From positions 6,455,474 through 6,519,473 of the forward strand of contig OZ252227.1 of NCBI GenBank assembly GCA_965249175.1: DNA of 64,000 bases, given 5' to 3'. Source of the stretch: Vicinamibacterales bacterium. GTDB taxonomy: Bacteria; Acidobacteriota; Vicinamibacteria; Vicinamibacterales; UBA8438. Position 1 is the first letter of the stretch, and every line of letters starts with the position of its first letter. The notes under the pieces were generated by a model. That model searched no databases. It was given only the letters and a program-made list of their open reading frames with translations, and was not told the DNA's origin. The translations under genes and the position numbers were made by a program. Below are positions 1 through 10,618 of this stretch, in pieces.

Positions 1-77
1 TCGATGATCTCGCCCTCGGACGTGAGGATGCAGATTTGACTTTCTCTCTTATGGACGTCGATGCCAATATGCTCCAT
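1..77 (-). CDS. IS110-family transposase, N-terminus only (runs off the window)
   Basis: Reverse strand from ATG at 77 reads MEHIGIDVHKRESQICILTSEGEII, with the GIDVHK motif of the DEDD RuvC-like IS110 N-terminus; RBS-like GGGAG upstream. Not in the ORF track. Confidence 0.85.
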   Translation of the reverse strand, partial: MEHIGIDVHKRESQICILTSEGEII

Positions 78-165
78 GGCTGGTCTCCCTCTGTGCGCCT
101 TGAGCGCGTTTGAAAAATGTGGAGCGCAAGCTACCACGTGGGGACGACCAGCCGCTTCATCCTAT
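1..165 (-). mobile_element. Left end of an IS110/IS1111-type element inserted in the 5' part of a kinase gene
   Basis: Non-coding 78-165 has an inverted repeat (ggctggtc...gaccagcc) overlapping the RBS; kinase-homologous sequence ([15 protein letters not shown]) begins abruptly at about 166. Confidence 0.75.
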
Positions 166-2278
166 CTCCCCGACGCCTTCGCCGCTGACCCGGATCGGCT
201 CGCCCGGTTCCAGCGGGAAGCACACGTTCTCGCCAGTCTCAACCACCCCAACATCGCGCAGATCCACGGCATCGAGAAGTCGGAAGACACCCAGGCGCTG
301 GTCCTGGAGCTGGTCGAAGGCCCGACCCTCGCCGACCGGATCGCGAAGGGGCCGATCCCGCTCGATGAGGCGCTGCCGATCGCGAAGCAGATTGCCGAGG
401 CGTTGGAGGCAGCGCATGAGGCGGGCGTGATCCATCGGGACTTGAAGCCCGCGAACATCAAGGTGCGGGAGGACGGGACCGTCAAGGTGTTGGACTTCGG
501 GCTGGCCAAGGCGTTGGCTGGCGACGCGGCTGATCCTGACTTGTCACACTCGCCAACGGTAACGGCTTCTGTGGCTGGAACGCGCCAGGGCGTCGTTCTC
601 GGGACGGCTGCCTATATGAGTCCAGAGCAGGCTCGTGGGAAGCCACTGGACAAACGCACGGATATGTGGTCCTTCGGCTGCGTGTTCTACGAAATGCTCA
701 CGGGGAGGGCAGCCTTCGCCAGAGAGACGCTGTCCGACACCATCGCGAGCGTTCTGGAGCACGAGCCAGACGAGGCGGGGCTCCCAATGACAGCGCGTGA
801 GCCAGTACGCCGCCTTGTTCGTCGGTGCCTGGTGAAGGAGCGGCGAGGTCGTATCCCTGACGCGGCGATGGTGCGCATCGAAATCGATGAGGCTGATCGC
901 AGTCCGGGCCCAATGCCGCCGGAAGAGCAAGGTGCGTTTCGCTGGCTACGGTGGGCCGTTGCAGTCCTTGGCAGCGGGGTCGTCGGCGGCTTTGCCGTAT
1001 GGTTTTTGATCGCGAACAACGCGGATTCAACGCTGGCGATGCGCCAGGTACGGTTTAGTGTTTCGCTGCCCCCGTCCGAAGGCGTGTGGTCCGCTGGTTC
1101 GCTCACCATTGCAGCGGACGGATCTCGGGTAGCGTTCGTGGGAAGTGCGAACGGTACGCCCGCGCTGTATGTGCGAGATATGGATGGTCAAGAGATTCGC
1201 CCAGTGCGTGACACTGACGGCGCAGAGTATCCGTTCTTCTCGCCCGACGGGGGCTGGCTGGGGTTTTGGGTAGCTGACAGCCTCAGAAAAGTGTCACTCG
1301 CCGGTGGGCCTTCAGAGACGATTTGTAATGAATGCCGAGGACTCGGGGCCGTGTGGGCTGCCGACGGCACAATTGTCTTTGGCTCCAGCACGCAGCCTGT
1401 CTACCAGGTGTCGGCTCAAGGAGGTCGCCCGCAGGCTCTTGATGTCCAGCAGCTTGGTCAGATCTTCTTGAGAGTATCCCAGTCGCTGCCAGAGTCAGAC
1501 GCGGTCCTTGTGACAGTGCGGTACTCTGGTTCGGTGGACGGTTCAGACGTCGCCGTCCTGTCGCTTCGCACCGGCGCATTGAAAACCATCGCGCCCGGCA
1601 ACCAGCCTTACCTTCTCGACAACGGAGATCTCCTTTTCGCTCGTGAAGACTCCATCTGGTCAGTCCCGTTCGATCACGACGGCCTCACGCCGACTGGGAA
1701 CCCACGTCCCGTCCTGGAAGGGCTGCAAGTCGGCAGCAGTGGAGGCGCGCTGTTCGCCGCGTCACGACGTGGGACCTTAGCTTTTATTGCTGGCGGTGGA
1801 TCACGTGTCGGTGATTCCATCATGTGGGTCGACCGAACCGGGGGTGTCCCAGCGCCGGTCGTCGGCCAGCCAGCCCAAGCCGAAGCCTTCTTCGCTCCCC
1901 GCATCTCAAGCGACGGACGGCTTGTCGCACTTCAGGTCCTTGTTGATGGAAACCACGACCTCTGGTTCTACGACACCCTTCGTGGTACGTTCGAGCGAGC
2001 TACCGTGGCGGACGAGTACGAAGGGTCCCCAGCGTGGGCACCCGATGGCACCACACTCGCCTATACCGCCACCAATGAGCGCGCCCTGCATGTGCGGACG
2101 CTTGGCACCGTTGGAGAGGGCGAGTTACTTCTGACAAGAGAAGGGCGGCAATACCCGAATGCGTGGACGCCGGACCAGCGTCAGTTGCTGTTCAGCGAAG
2201 TACACCCTGATCGAGGTGCCGATATCCTCGTCTTCTCGATAGCGGACCGGAACGTGACGCCCGTGGTCGCCACGAACG

Positions 2279-3685
2279 CTAGCAGCCCGTGGTGAAAACG
2301 CCCTTTCGTAGGTCGAGGGGCATGTGTTCGTGACACCGTGTCATAAGGTCGAGAAACGACGAGTGCGGCAGATCTTGCGCATCTCGCGCCCACGCGGGCG
2401 ATACGAGGGTCCAGAGGCGGCCAAGATCAGCGATCAAGGCCTCGAAGACGGCGACCGCGCGGCCTTGGAGGCTCCGCGGCGTGCCGACGCCCGTCAGCTG
2501 CCGCATGAGGAGCCCAAGATTGAACCCGCAGACGTGCACAAGCACGCGCTTGAGGATGTTGGGATGCCCACGCAGATGCACCCGGCGCAGCCGCCCGGTC
2601 TCGTAGAGATGCGCGTTGGGGCGTTCGAGCAACTCGCCCCGCCGTCGCAGCAGCCGTTGCCCACGCGTGCCCCGAATGCGCCGACGGTTCGCGTACACGG
2701 CGTCGCGCGCCGCCGCCTTGCCTGTCCAGTTGCGTCGCCCGCGGTCCGGCTCCGAAACATAACTGCGCACGCCGAGCGCGGCGAACGCCACCATCGTCTC
2801 GTTACTGTGATACCCCTTGTCCCCGACGACCTCGGCGATACCGGCGCCGGCCGGCAGGACGGCTTCGACGTGGTCGGCCGCCGTGATCAGGGTCTCGACC
2901 ATCGTCGTCGTATCGCCGTCGTCGGCATCCTGCACGGTGACGCCGACGATGGCCCCCGTCTCCAGGTCCACCGCATGCTCCGCGGTGTGCGCCAAGTGCG
3001 TGCGCCCGTCCTTCAGCTTCGTGATCTTCGCGTCCGGATCCTGCGGATGCGTCCAGTCGTCGTTGGAGCCTTTCTTCTTCCGTTTCCGGTCGAACCGGGC
3101 CAGCTCAGCGCGGGTCGGCGTGACGATGCCGGACGCCTCGGCCAGCCCGGTCAGAAACGCCTCGTAGCCTTCGCCCGTGTCCCGGCGCACGATACTCCGC
3201 AATGCGGCGTTCGCTTCCAACGTCGTGGCATCGATGCCGAGGGTCCGCCCGGTCACGAGCTGGGCGTCGGCCAGTTGCTGCAGCACCCACGTGAACACCG
3301 CTTGATGGGTCTCGACGTCGATCAGGCGCCGGGTGCGCGACAGCGTCGAGTGATCCGGCGGCGCCTCGTGCAGCTCGAGGTCCAGAAACTGCCGGATGCT
3401 CAGCGAATCGGCCGCCCGCCACGCGATCGCCCGCTCCGAGTCCAGCCCTTCGAAGTAGCCGAGCATCAGCAGCCGGAAGTACCGCCCCGGCGCCAGACTC
3501 GGACGACCGACGCCGTCCGCGTAGAACGGCGCGCATTGCGCCTCGACGAACGCGTCGAAGCCCGTGTCATCGAGGATCCGATTCAATCGCTGATAGAACG
3601 GATGCGCCGCACTGCGAGGCAGGTCGCTGGTGGGAACCCACATCGATGCTTGCCGCGCCCGGCGTCGTCGTTTGCCCATCGCCAT
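2279..3685 (-). CDS. DDE transposase (IS1182-like)
   Basis: GRPS..P, SER, PDHSTLSR, IDAT, DPDA and DKGY motifs; the stop codon lies in the duplicated CTAG. Confidence 0.88.
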   Translation of the reverse strand: MAMGKRRRRARQASMWVPTSDLPRSAAHPFYQRLNRILDDTGFDAFVEAQCAPFYADGVGRPSLAPGRYFRLLMLGYFEGLDSERAIAWRAADSLSIRQFLDLELHEAPPDHSTLSRTRRLIDVETHQAVFTWVLQQLADAQLVTGRTLGIDATTLEANAALRSIVRRDTGEGYEAFLTGLAEASGIVTPTRAELARFDRKRKKKGSNDDWTHPQDPDAKITKLKDGRTHLAHTAEHAVDLETGAIVGVTVQDADDGDTTTMVETLITAADHVEAVLPAGAGIAEVVGDKGYHSNETMVAFAALGVRSYVSEPDRGRRNWTGKAAARDAVYANRRRIRGTRGQRLLRRRGELLERPNAHLYETGRLRRVHLRGHPNILKRVLVHVCGFNLGLLMRQLTGVGTPRSLQGRAVAVFEALIADLGRLWTLVSPAWARDAQDLPHSSFLDLMTRCHEHMPLDLRKGVFTTGC

Positions 3686-3750
3686 GCGCGACAGTGTAGT
3701 ACGCGGGATCGATCGTGTCGATCCCTAATAGGGACTTTCACCACGGGCTG
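2283..3750 (-). mobile_element. IS1182/IS5-like DDE insertion sequence
   Basis: Perfect 15-bp terminal IRs (cagcccgtggtgaaa / tttcaccacgggctg); CTAG duplicated at 2279-2282 and 3751-3754. Confidence 0.9.
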
Positions 3751-4165
3751 CTAGGGAAGTCGCACCCAGACTTTCTCGCGATGGCCGATGGCTCGCCTTC
3801 CAATCCGATGAGTCGGGACGGGAGGAAGTGTATGTACAGCCGTTTCCAGGTCCGGGCCGCCGAGAACTCGTTTCGGAAGGCGGAGGTGGGATGCCCGTGT
3901 GGTCTGGTGACGGTCGCGAACTGTTCTATCGGATTGGCGACAGGATGATGGCCGTCACCGTGGAGACTGAACCGCAGTTCCGAGCATCAGCGCCCGTCGA
4001 GTTGTTCGAGGGCCACTATGGGCGAACACGAGGAGGTGAAGGTTCCAACTATGATGCTTCGCCCGACGGGACACGTTTCCTCATGCTGAGTGGTGGTGAA
4101 CGGCCTTCGCAGCTAGAAGTGATCGTGAACTGGTCGAGAGCGGAGGCTACGCTGGAGCCCTAAGC

Positions 4166-5218
4166 GTGACACTGTCCCCTGGCACCACTCTCGGCCCGTA
4201 CGCCGTCACCGCCCAGATCGGCCGCGGCGGTATGGGCGAGGTCTACCGTGCCCGCGACACGAAGCTCGACCGGGACGTGGCGCTCAAAGTGCTGTCCGAG
4301 GCGTTCACGTCCGATCCCGACCGCCTGGCCCGCTTTGGTCAATCGACAGTGGCCGCAACGACAAGACGACCGCCCCCCCCAATACGCCGAACCGCGCTCG
4401 CCCTGATCCTCGCGAGCCAGTTTCTGTGGCCGGCCCTCCCCGCAGCCCAACAGTCTCGGCCCACGCTCGGTCAAGAAGGGAAAGACGCCCCCTACGTCCC
4501 GACACCACAGGTCCTCGTCAATACGATGCTCGAGATGGCGGCGGTTGCACCCACCGACGTCCTTGTCGACCTTGGGTCGGGGGATGGCCGGGTGGTCATC
4601 TCTGCCGCGCGGATTGGGGCGCGGGCGATCGGTGTCGAGCTCGACGCCGGCCTGGTGGAGCTATCGCGAATGAACGCTGCCGAAGCCGGCGTCGGCGACC
4701 TCACTGAGTTCATTGCTGCCGATCTCTTCGCGTTCGATCTCTCTCCCGCCACCGTGATCACGATGTTCCTCTTGCCCGATCTCACGCTCCGGCTCCGTCC
4801 CACGCTGTTCGCCCTCAGACCTGGCACCCGGATCGTCTCGAACACCTGGGACATGCGTGGAACAGATGACGACCCGGAAGCCCCCGGATGGGACCCGGAC
4901 CAGACGATCGTCCTCGACCCCTGTCCCGGCTTTTGCACAGCCCACCTGTGGACCGTTCCAGCCAAGGTCGGGGGCATCTGGCGTACGGGCGACGAGGGTG
5001 GCGAACTGCACCTGGAGCAGCGGTTTCAAAAGGTGACCGGTTGGCTGCGCGCCGGTGGCCAGACGATCCAAATAGAGGAGGCCCACCTACACGGCTCCAC
5101 GCTTACGTTCCACGCGGCCCGCACCGACTATCGGGCCGAGGTCGACGACTCGACGATGCGCGGCGTTGCCCGCCGGGACAACGACACCCGTACGTGGCAG
5201 TCGCAGCGTGTGCAGTGA
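4166..5218 (+). CDS. Kinase N-terminal stub (4166-4336) fused in frame to a secreted class I SAM-dependent methyltransferase
   Basis: [23 protein letters not shown] stub; then a signal-peptide-like stretch, PYVPTP and [11 protein letters not shown] motif. Confidence 0.85.
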   Translation: MTLSPGTTLGPYAVTAQIGRGGMGEVYRARDTKLDRDVALKVLSEAFTSDPDRLARFGQSTVAATTRRPPPPIRRTALALILASQFLWPALPAAQQSRPTLGQEGKDAPYVPTPQVLVNTMLEMAAVAPTDVLVDLGSGDGRVVISAARIGARAIGVELDAGLVELSRMNAAEAGVGDLTEFIAADLFAFDLSPATVITMFLLPDLTLRLRPTLFALRPGTRIVSNTWDMRGTDDDPEAPGWDPDQTIVLDPCPGFCTAHLWTVPAKVGGIWRTGDEGGELHLEQRFQKVTGWLRAGGQTIQIEEAHLHGSTLTFHAARTDYRAEVDDSTMRGVARRDNDTRTWQSQRVQ

Positions 5219-5228
5219 CCCAATAGCC

Positions 5229-7966
5229 ATGTCTCTCAGCCCTGGCGCGCGGCTCGGACCGTACGAGGTCACGGCCCGCATTGGTGCCGGCGGCATGGGG
5301 GAGGTGTACCAAGCGCGTGACACGAAGCTGGATCGGGACGTCGCGCTAAAGGTCCTGCCTGACGCCTTCACGTCCGACCCCGACCGCTTAGCCCGTTTCG
5401 AGCGGGAAGCCAGAGTCCTCGCCTCGCTGAACCATCCGAATATCGGGCACATCTACGGGCTGGAAGAAGCCGAGGGCACCTGGTGCTCGAACTGGTCGAG
5501 GGGCCGACGCTGGCGGATCGCATCGCCGACGGGCCGATCCCGATTGACGAGGCGCTCCCCATCGCGAAACAGATCGCGGAAGCCCTCGAAGCGGCGCATG
5601 AGCAGGGGATCATCCACCGCGACCTGAAACCGGCCAACGTGAAGGTGAAGGCCGACGGCACGGTGAAGGTGCTGGACTTTGGGCTGGCGAAAGCGTTTCA
5701 GCCGGAAGCGAGTGGGGCGAGTGCGTCGGAGTCGCCGACGATCTCGTTGACGGCGGCGGCGACCCAGATGGGGATGGTGATCGGGACGGCGGCGTATATG
5801 GCACCGGAGCAAGCCAGCGGCAAGGCGGTGGACAAGCGGGCGGATGTGTGGGCGTTTGGTGTCGTGCTCTACGAGATGTTGACGGGGCAGCGCGTGTTCA
5901 GCGGAAAGGACGTGTCGCATACGTTGGCCGCGGTGCTGATGAAAGACATCGAGTGGACGGGCCTCCCTTCGCGACTCCCTGCGTCGCTTGGGCGTGTGCT
6001 GCGGCGGTGCCTCGAGCGCGACCCGAAGCAGCGCCTGCGGGACATCGGTGAGGCGCGGATCGAGTTGGGCTCCGCCGCCACCGTGCCAAACTCTGTTGCT
6101 GCACCGGTAGCGGTCAGTCCGCCGCTTCAGGTCTGGCAGCGTCCCGTTCCTGCGGCCCTCGTCGCTCTGGTTCTGGTGGCGGTGACTGGCGTCGTGGTCT
6201 GGAGCCTCTCCCAGCCCGGCGTCGTTCCTGTGGACGTGATCCGATTTGTCATCCCTGAACCCGACACCGCCACGTTCGATTTCGCCAGCTCCTATCCTGA
6301 CCTTGCGATTTCCCCTGATGGCACACAGGTCGTCTACGTAGTCCGTGCCCCGGACGGTGAGCTGCAGCTCTATCTGCGGCCCATCGACCAGCTCCGTGGT
6401 GCGCCCTTGCGCGGCGCTGAAGGTGGTCAGGCACCGTTCGTCTCACCGGACGGCGAGTGGGTCGGATTCCTTAGCTCTGACAACGTGACTCTTCAAAAAG
6501 TGTCGATCTTCGGCGGCCCGCCGGTGACGCTTGCTGGATTTCCGGACTTTATCGCCGGCGCCAACTGGGAGGGCGACGACCAGATCATCGTTGGCATGGT
6601 GCGCGGGGGCCTGTTTCGAGTGCCAGCAGGCGGAAGCGAACCCGACGTCCTCACGACCCCCGATGCCGACCAGGGTGAAACCAGCCACTTCTGGCCCAGC
6701 GTTATCCCAGGCCGACGGGCCGTGCTGTTCCAGATCGCCACAGGCGGGGCCGACGCGCCCCAGTTGGCGATCCTGGAACTCGACACGGGTGAGGTGACGC
6801 GGCTCGGTCTTACCGGAACCCAGCCGCAGTATGTGTCGACGGGGCATCTCGTGTATGCCGTCCAGGATGGGTCGGTGCGGGCGGCTCCGTTTGATGCCGA
6901 GCGCCTCGAGGTGACAGGGAATCCCGTGCCCTTGCTAGAGGACGTCGTGGTGAAGAACGTCACACGTGCCTCCAACTTCAGCCTCTCAGACAACGGGCGT
7001 TTGGTGTTCATGTCGAGTGCGGGCGGGGGCGTCGCTCAGCTGTCTTCACTGGTCTGGGTGGACCGGCAAGGTCGGGAAGAGTCGCTCGGGGACGCTTGGC
7101 AGCCTGCCGACTACGTCTACCCCCGCGTCTCGCCCGACGGCACGCGGGTGGCGGTCGGGATCCTGGAGAACGCCGCTACCGACCTGTGGGTGCTTGACTT
7201 GGCGCGCCCGGGGTCACGCTCCCGCATCACCTTTGGCGGGAACAATCTCCCCGGGGCCTGGTCACCGGACGGATCGCAGTTGGCGTTCGCCGACAGTAAC
7301 GCGGCGACAAACCGCGTGCTGTTGGCTCCCGCTGACGGCAACGGTGAGGTCGAGACGCTCCTGGATCGCGGCGAGCGCCAGTTTCCGACATCGTGGGCGT
7401 CTGACGGAAACGTGTTGGCCCTCTACATCGATCGCGCGGGGGAGACCGGGCGAGATCTCGCGATGCTCCCGATGGACGGGGACCGCACGCCGGTGCCTTT
7501 CCTGGGCACGCCCTTCCAAGAGCGCGCCGGAGCGTTTTCCCCGGACGGTCGCTGGCTCGCCTACGTATCTGACGAGTCCGGGCAAGACGAGGTCTACGTG
7601 CGCCCGGTTCCGGGTCCGGGGCAACAGCACACGATCTCGACGAATGGCGGTGCGGAGCCCCTGTGGTCACGCGACGGAACCGAGCTGTTCTATCGCCTCG
7701 TGGACCAGGTTCTGGTTGTCGCGATAGACACGGCGGACTCCTTCCGCGTGGCGGCCCCTCAGGAGCTCTTTGTAGGAGCCTACGCAGCGGACTCCAGTGG
7801 GGGGTCTCACGTGAGGAACTATGACGTCACGCCAGACGGGCAACGGTTCCTCATGGTCAAGAGGGAGACCGGATCGGCGGGGACAGGTTCAGCAGAGAGT
7901 GCTCCCGAGATCACCGTCGTCCTAAACTGGCATCAAGAGCTGCTCGAGCGTGTTCCCGTTCCCTGA
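5229..7966 (+). pseudogene. Ser/Thr kinase + TM + beta-propeller, frameshifted near 5480
   Basis: Full kinase motifs split across two frames; compared with the paralog near 43910, 7 bp (agggcgc) are missing after gagggcacc. Confidence 0.88.
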
Positions 7967-7969
7967 TCC

Positions 7970-8152
7970 ATGCCCCTCCAGCCCGGCACCACCCTCGGTC
8001 CTTACGAGATCCAAGCCCCGCTCGGCGCGGGCGGCATGGGTGAGGTCTATAAGGCCCTCGACACCCGCCTGGACCGCACCGTCGCCATCAAGGTGCTGCC
8101 CGAGCACGTCGCCGCCGACCCCGATCTGAAGCAGCGGTTCGAGCGCGAGGCC
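7970..8152 (+). pseudogene. Kinase N-terminal stub
   Basis: [28 protein letters not shown]...KQRFEREA, then unrelated sequence. Confidence 0.85.
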
Positions 8153-8177
8153 AACGGATCGACACGGAGGTTTACAC

Positions 8178-8420
8178 ATGGATAAGGATCGCCCGATCAG
8201 GTTTCTCTACCCACCGCTGTTCTTCGTGGGTTTCTTGATGTGGGCGCTATACCTCGATCCAGTTCGTGGGATGGCCGACTACCTGCCGACCGTACAAGCG
8301 GGTGCGCAAACGCAGATCAACCTCAACAACATCCTCGGAGTCTTGTGGCTGGAGGCGGGGTCCTCGTCCTAGTACTGGGGTTCTTGTTGCCTGTGCTTGA
8401 ACGTGGGTCGTTCTCCCTCG
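8178..8420 (+). pseudogene. Frameshifted or truncated membrane protein
   Basis: RBS ggagg before ATG; hydrophobic segments continue in a second frame (LVAGGGVLVLVLGFLL). Confidence 0.4.
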
Positions 8421-8456
8421 TCTCGACAAAGAATCAGCCACACAGAGACTGCAAAC

Positions 8457-8915
8457 ATGGATAGCACAGACCGCCTTGAGGTCTACCGGCAGCGTTACGA
8501 GACCTACCGGCACTTGGACCGGATCCGCTGGCAGATGTTGCAGATTGCGATTGCTGTCGGTGCGCTGGTCGTCACCTTCGGCGGACGCGGCGCAGACGGA
8601 CCCGAGTGGTGGGTAATCGGTGGCGCCGGGTGGCTCCTCTGCACACTGGCCGTCGTCATGTTGCGAATCAACGGCGGCATCACGAAGAACCAGCAAGAAC
8701 TGGCTAAGGCGGCTGTCAAGACTGGTGACGCAGGAATCCCTCCGATCGCCGACTGGTGGAAACGGTCGTCATTCTGGGTCGCCGCCTCCGTATTCGCGCT
8801 CGGTGCCGTGTGCCTCGTCCTGGCCATCGTCTCCGCTCGGTCCCAGGAGTCCCCATGCACAGAGTCTTCATCAGCTACCACCACGGGCGAGACCAGGAGT
8901 ACAAGGAACACCTAA
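8457..8915 (+). CDS. Small membrane protein with 3 predicted TM helices, candidate defence effector
   Basis: Charged N-terminal helix (YRQRYETYRHLDRIRWQ) followed by three hydrophobic segments; overlaps the TIR gene start. Confidence 0.65.
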   Translation: MDSTDRLEVYRQRYETYRHLDRIRWQMLQIAIAVGALVVTFGGRGADGPEWWVIGGAGWLLCTLAVVMLRINGGITKNQQELAKAAVKTGDAGIPPIADWWKRSSFWVAASVFALGAVCLVLAIVSARSQESPCTESSSATTTGETRSTRNT

Positions 8916-9469
8916 TCCGGCTCAACACCATCGCTCCGGTCTTCATCGACGAGTCCGTAGACACCGGTGACATCTCGGATAACCTTGACGACCAGGCGAT
9001 CCGGCAGACAATTCGTGACGAGTACCTCCGTCAGACGACGGTGACCATCGTGCTCGTTGGGCAACAGACCAAGAACCGCAAGCACGTCGACTGGGAGATC
9101 TACTCGAGCATGATCAACGGCACGGTCAACAAGCGGTCGGGCATCGTTGCCGTCCTGCTCCCCGACGCCAACCCCGACGGTTACTTCACGGCAGCGCACA
9201 CGAACGAGAAGGCGACCATCTACCCGGAGCAAGGCGACGACTGGACCACGGTGACCACGGAAACCGAATACCGGCGCCGGTACCCCTATATGCCGGATCG
9301 CATCATCGACAACCTGGTCGACCGAGACGTGAAGATCTCTGTCACCGGATGGGCCAAGATCGACGGGGGCAACTTCGACAATCTGTCCCTCCTGATCGAC
9401 AACGCGTATCACGTCAGGGAGCAGAACGAGTACGACCTCAGCCGAGCGATGAGACGGGCGGACTCCTGA
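8855..9469 (+). CDS. TIR domain protein (ThsB/MTH538-like)
   Basis: MHRVFISYHH, TVTIVLVG..T..RKHVDWEI with the catalytic Glu; RBS aggag at 8845-8849. Confidence 0.88.
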   Translation: MHRVFISYHHGRDQEYKEHLIRLNTIAPVFIDESVDTGDISDNLDDQAIRQTIRDEYLRQTTVTIVLVGQQTKNRKHVDWEIYSSMINGTVNKRSGIVAVLLPDANPDGYFTAAHTNEKATIYPEQGDDWTTVTTETEYRRRYPYMPDRIIDNLVDRDVKISVTGWAKIDGGNFDNLSLLIDNAYHVREQNEYDLSRAMRRADS

Positions 9470-9601
9470 CTGCCGAACGCCGCGGGGCACATTCCGTCTT
9501 CAATTCCCACCGACGAGACCCGTGGTGCGGCCCTCCAGTTCCTCGGCCTCCCCAAGCGTGCGACCGATCATCGAGCAGCACGGCGCCTCGAGGAGTGGAT
9601 C

Positions 9602-10138
9602 GTGAGCCAGGACCACAGGTTCGAGGATTACTACGAGCGTTTCATCGAGCCGCGCGAGCAGGTCACGTCGGAACGCGCCCCGGACTTCGCGGCAGTTCGT
9701 CCGAAGTGTCCTCAAGGCCCGACGACGCGCGTGGTCGAGAGAACCTCGCGCGTGATCGGCCGGGGCTCGGCCACCCGTCCGTCCCTGAACTCCGGGACCC
9801 GGACGTCCTCGGACCGGAAGCGTCAAGAGCTGACCGAGACGGACTACAAGCGTGCGCGATCAGGTGCTGAGGTCATCAGGCCGTTGATCAAGCTCGCCAA
9901 GAAGCAATGCGCGAGCGGTCGCAATCCCAGGCCGCAGCTCGAAGCCGTCGCGGAGAAGATGGGACCCAAGCCCCCCTCGTGCGCTGCGATCACCCAACAC
10001 TGCGTGCCAAAAAACTCCGAAGGTCGGCGTCACATGCCCCTGCGAACGGAAGAGATCACTCGTTGGATCATCTCCCAATACCTCGGCGTTGGCCTCACGC
10101 GCGCGAAACAGATCATTGCACGGCCCCGCCGGGGATAG
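9602..10138 (+). CDS. Hypothetical protein
   Basis: ORF with RBS-like gaggag; no recognisable motif. Confidence 0.4.
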   Translation: MSQDHRFEDYYERFIEPREQVTSERAPDFAAVRPKCPQGPTTRVVERTSRVIGRGSATRPSLNSGTRTSSDRKRQELTETDYKRARSGAEVIRPLIKLAKKQCASGRNPRPQLEAVAEKMGPKPPSCAAITQHCVPKNSEGRRHMPLRTEEITRWIISQYLGVGLTRAKQIIARPRRG

Positions 10139-10192
10139 ATCTAATCCGCTAAGGGATTTGTCCATCCCCTCTCACCCTTTCTAGCTCTCGTT

Positions 10193-10214
10193 TGTACTAC
10201 AGGTGTACTACAGG
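10193..10214 (+). repeat. Tandem 11-bp direct repeat (tgtactacagg x2), likely a protein-binding site
   Basis: Seen directly, in the AT-richer intergenic region upstream of the excisionase-like gene. Confidence 0.6.
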
Positions 10215-10360
10215 TTTCGGAACTGGGCTTACGATTTAGTCAGTGGACGAATTTGAGAGGAGCTGATGCGGCGACCGCCGCGTCGGACCTCTCGCAGACC
10301 CACCGACGTTGACGCGCTACGGGAGATCGACCACGCCGAAAAACGGGAGGCTAAGGATCA

Positions 10361-10567
10361 GTGAGAGCGACCGCGACCCGGCCCAACGCCAAGCTCATCG
10401 CCGTCAAGCAGGCCGAATCCGAGTTCGGACTGCCGGCGGCGCTCCTGCGTGGCCTGATCGCGCGCGGCGAGGTGGCGGCGGTCAATCCTCCACACGTACG
10501 CCGGGTGTTCATCGTGCGAGCCGACCTCGAAAAGAAGATCGAAGCGTGGAGCGTCGACCATGAGTAA
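10361..10567 (+). CDS. Excisionase-like winged-HTH protein
   Basis: 68 aa, LIAVKQAESEFGLPAALLRGLIARGEV...RRVFIVRADLE pattern, located just before the primase gene. Confidence 0.6.
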   Translation: MRATATRPNAKLIAVKQAESEFGLPAALLRGLIARGEVAAVNPPHVRRVFIVRADLEKKIEAWSVDHE

Positions 10568-10618
10568 CACGCGCGCCGACTTCCTCGCGGCGCTCTTCCG
10601 AAGCGAGCGGGAGGCTCC

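Larger units (their letters stand above)
166..4163 (+). pseudogene. Ser/Thr protein kinase with TM segment and TolB/WD40-like beta-propeller; 5' end cut off by IS110 and interrupted by an IS1182-like element
   Basis: [11 protein letters not shown] and GTAAYMSPE motifs; FSPDG-type repeats. Removing 2283-3754 restores the frame (ATNA-REVAPRLSRDGRWLAF...) to the stop at 4163. Confidence 0.9.

Noticed and set aside
61..165. N-terminus of the 744-aa ORF (MPICSMAG...)
   Set aside because: This is read-through of the IS110 end, not kinase sequence.
2324..3754. Long antisense ORFs (also 11909-13072, 18094-19134, 48215-49591, 60684-61880)
   Set aside because: Shadow frames of real genes in high-GC DNA, with no motifs.
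166..7966. Diversity-generating retroelement acting on the kinase propellers
   Set aside because: No reverse transcriptase and no template/variable repeat pair differing at adenines was seen in the window.
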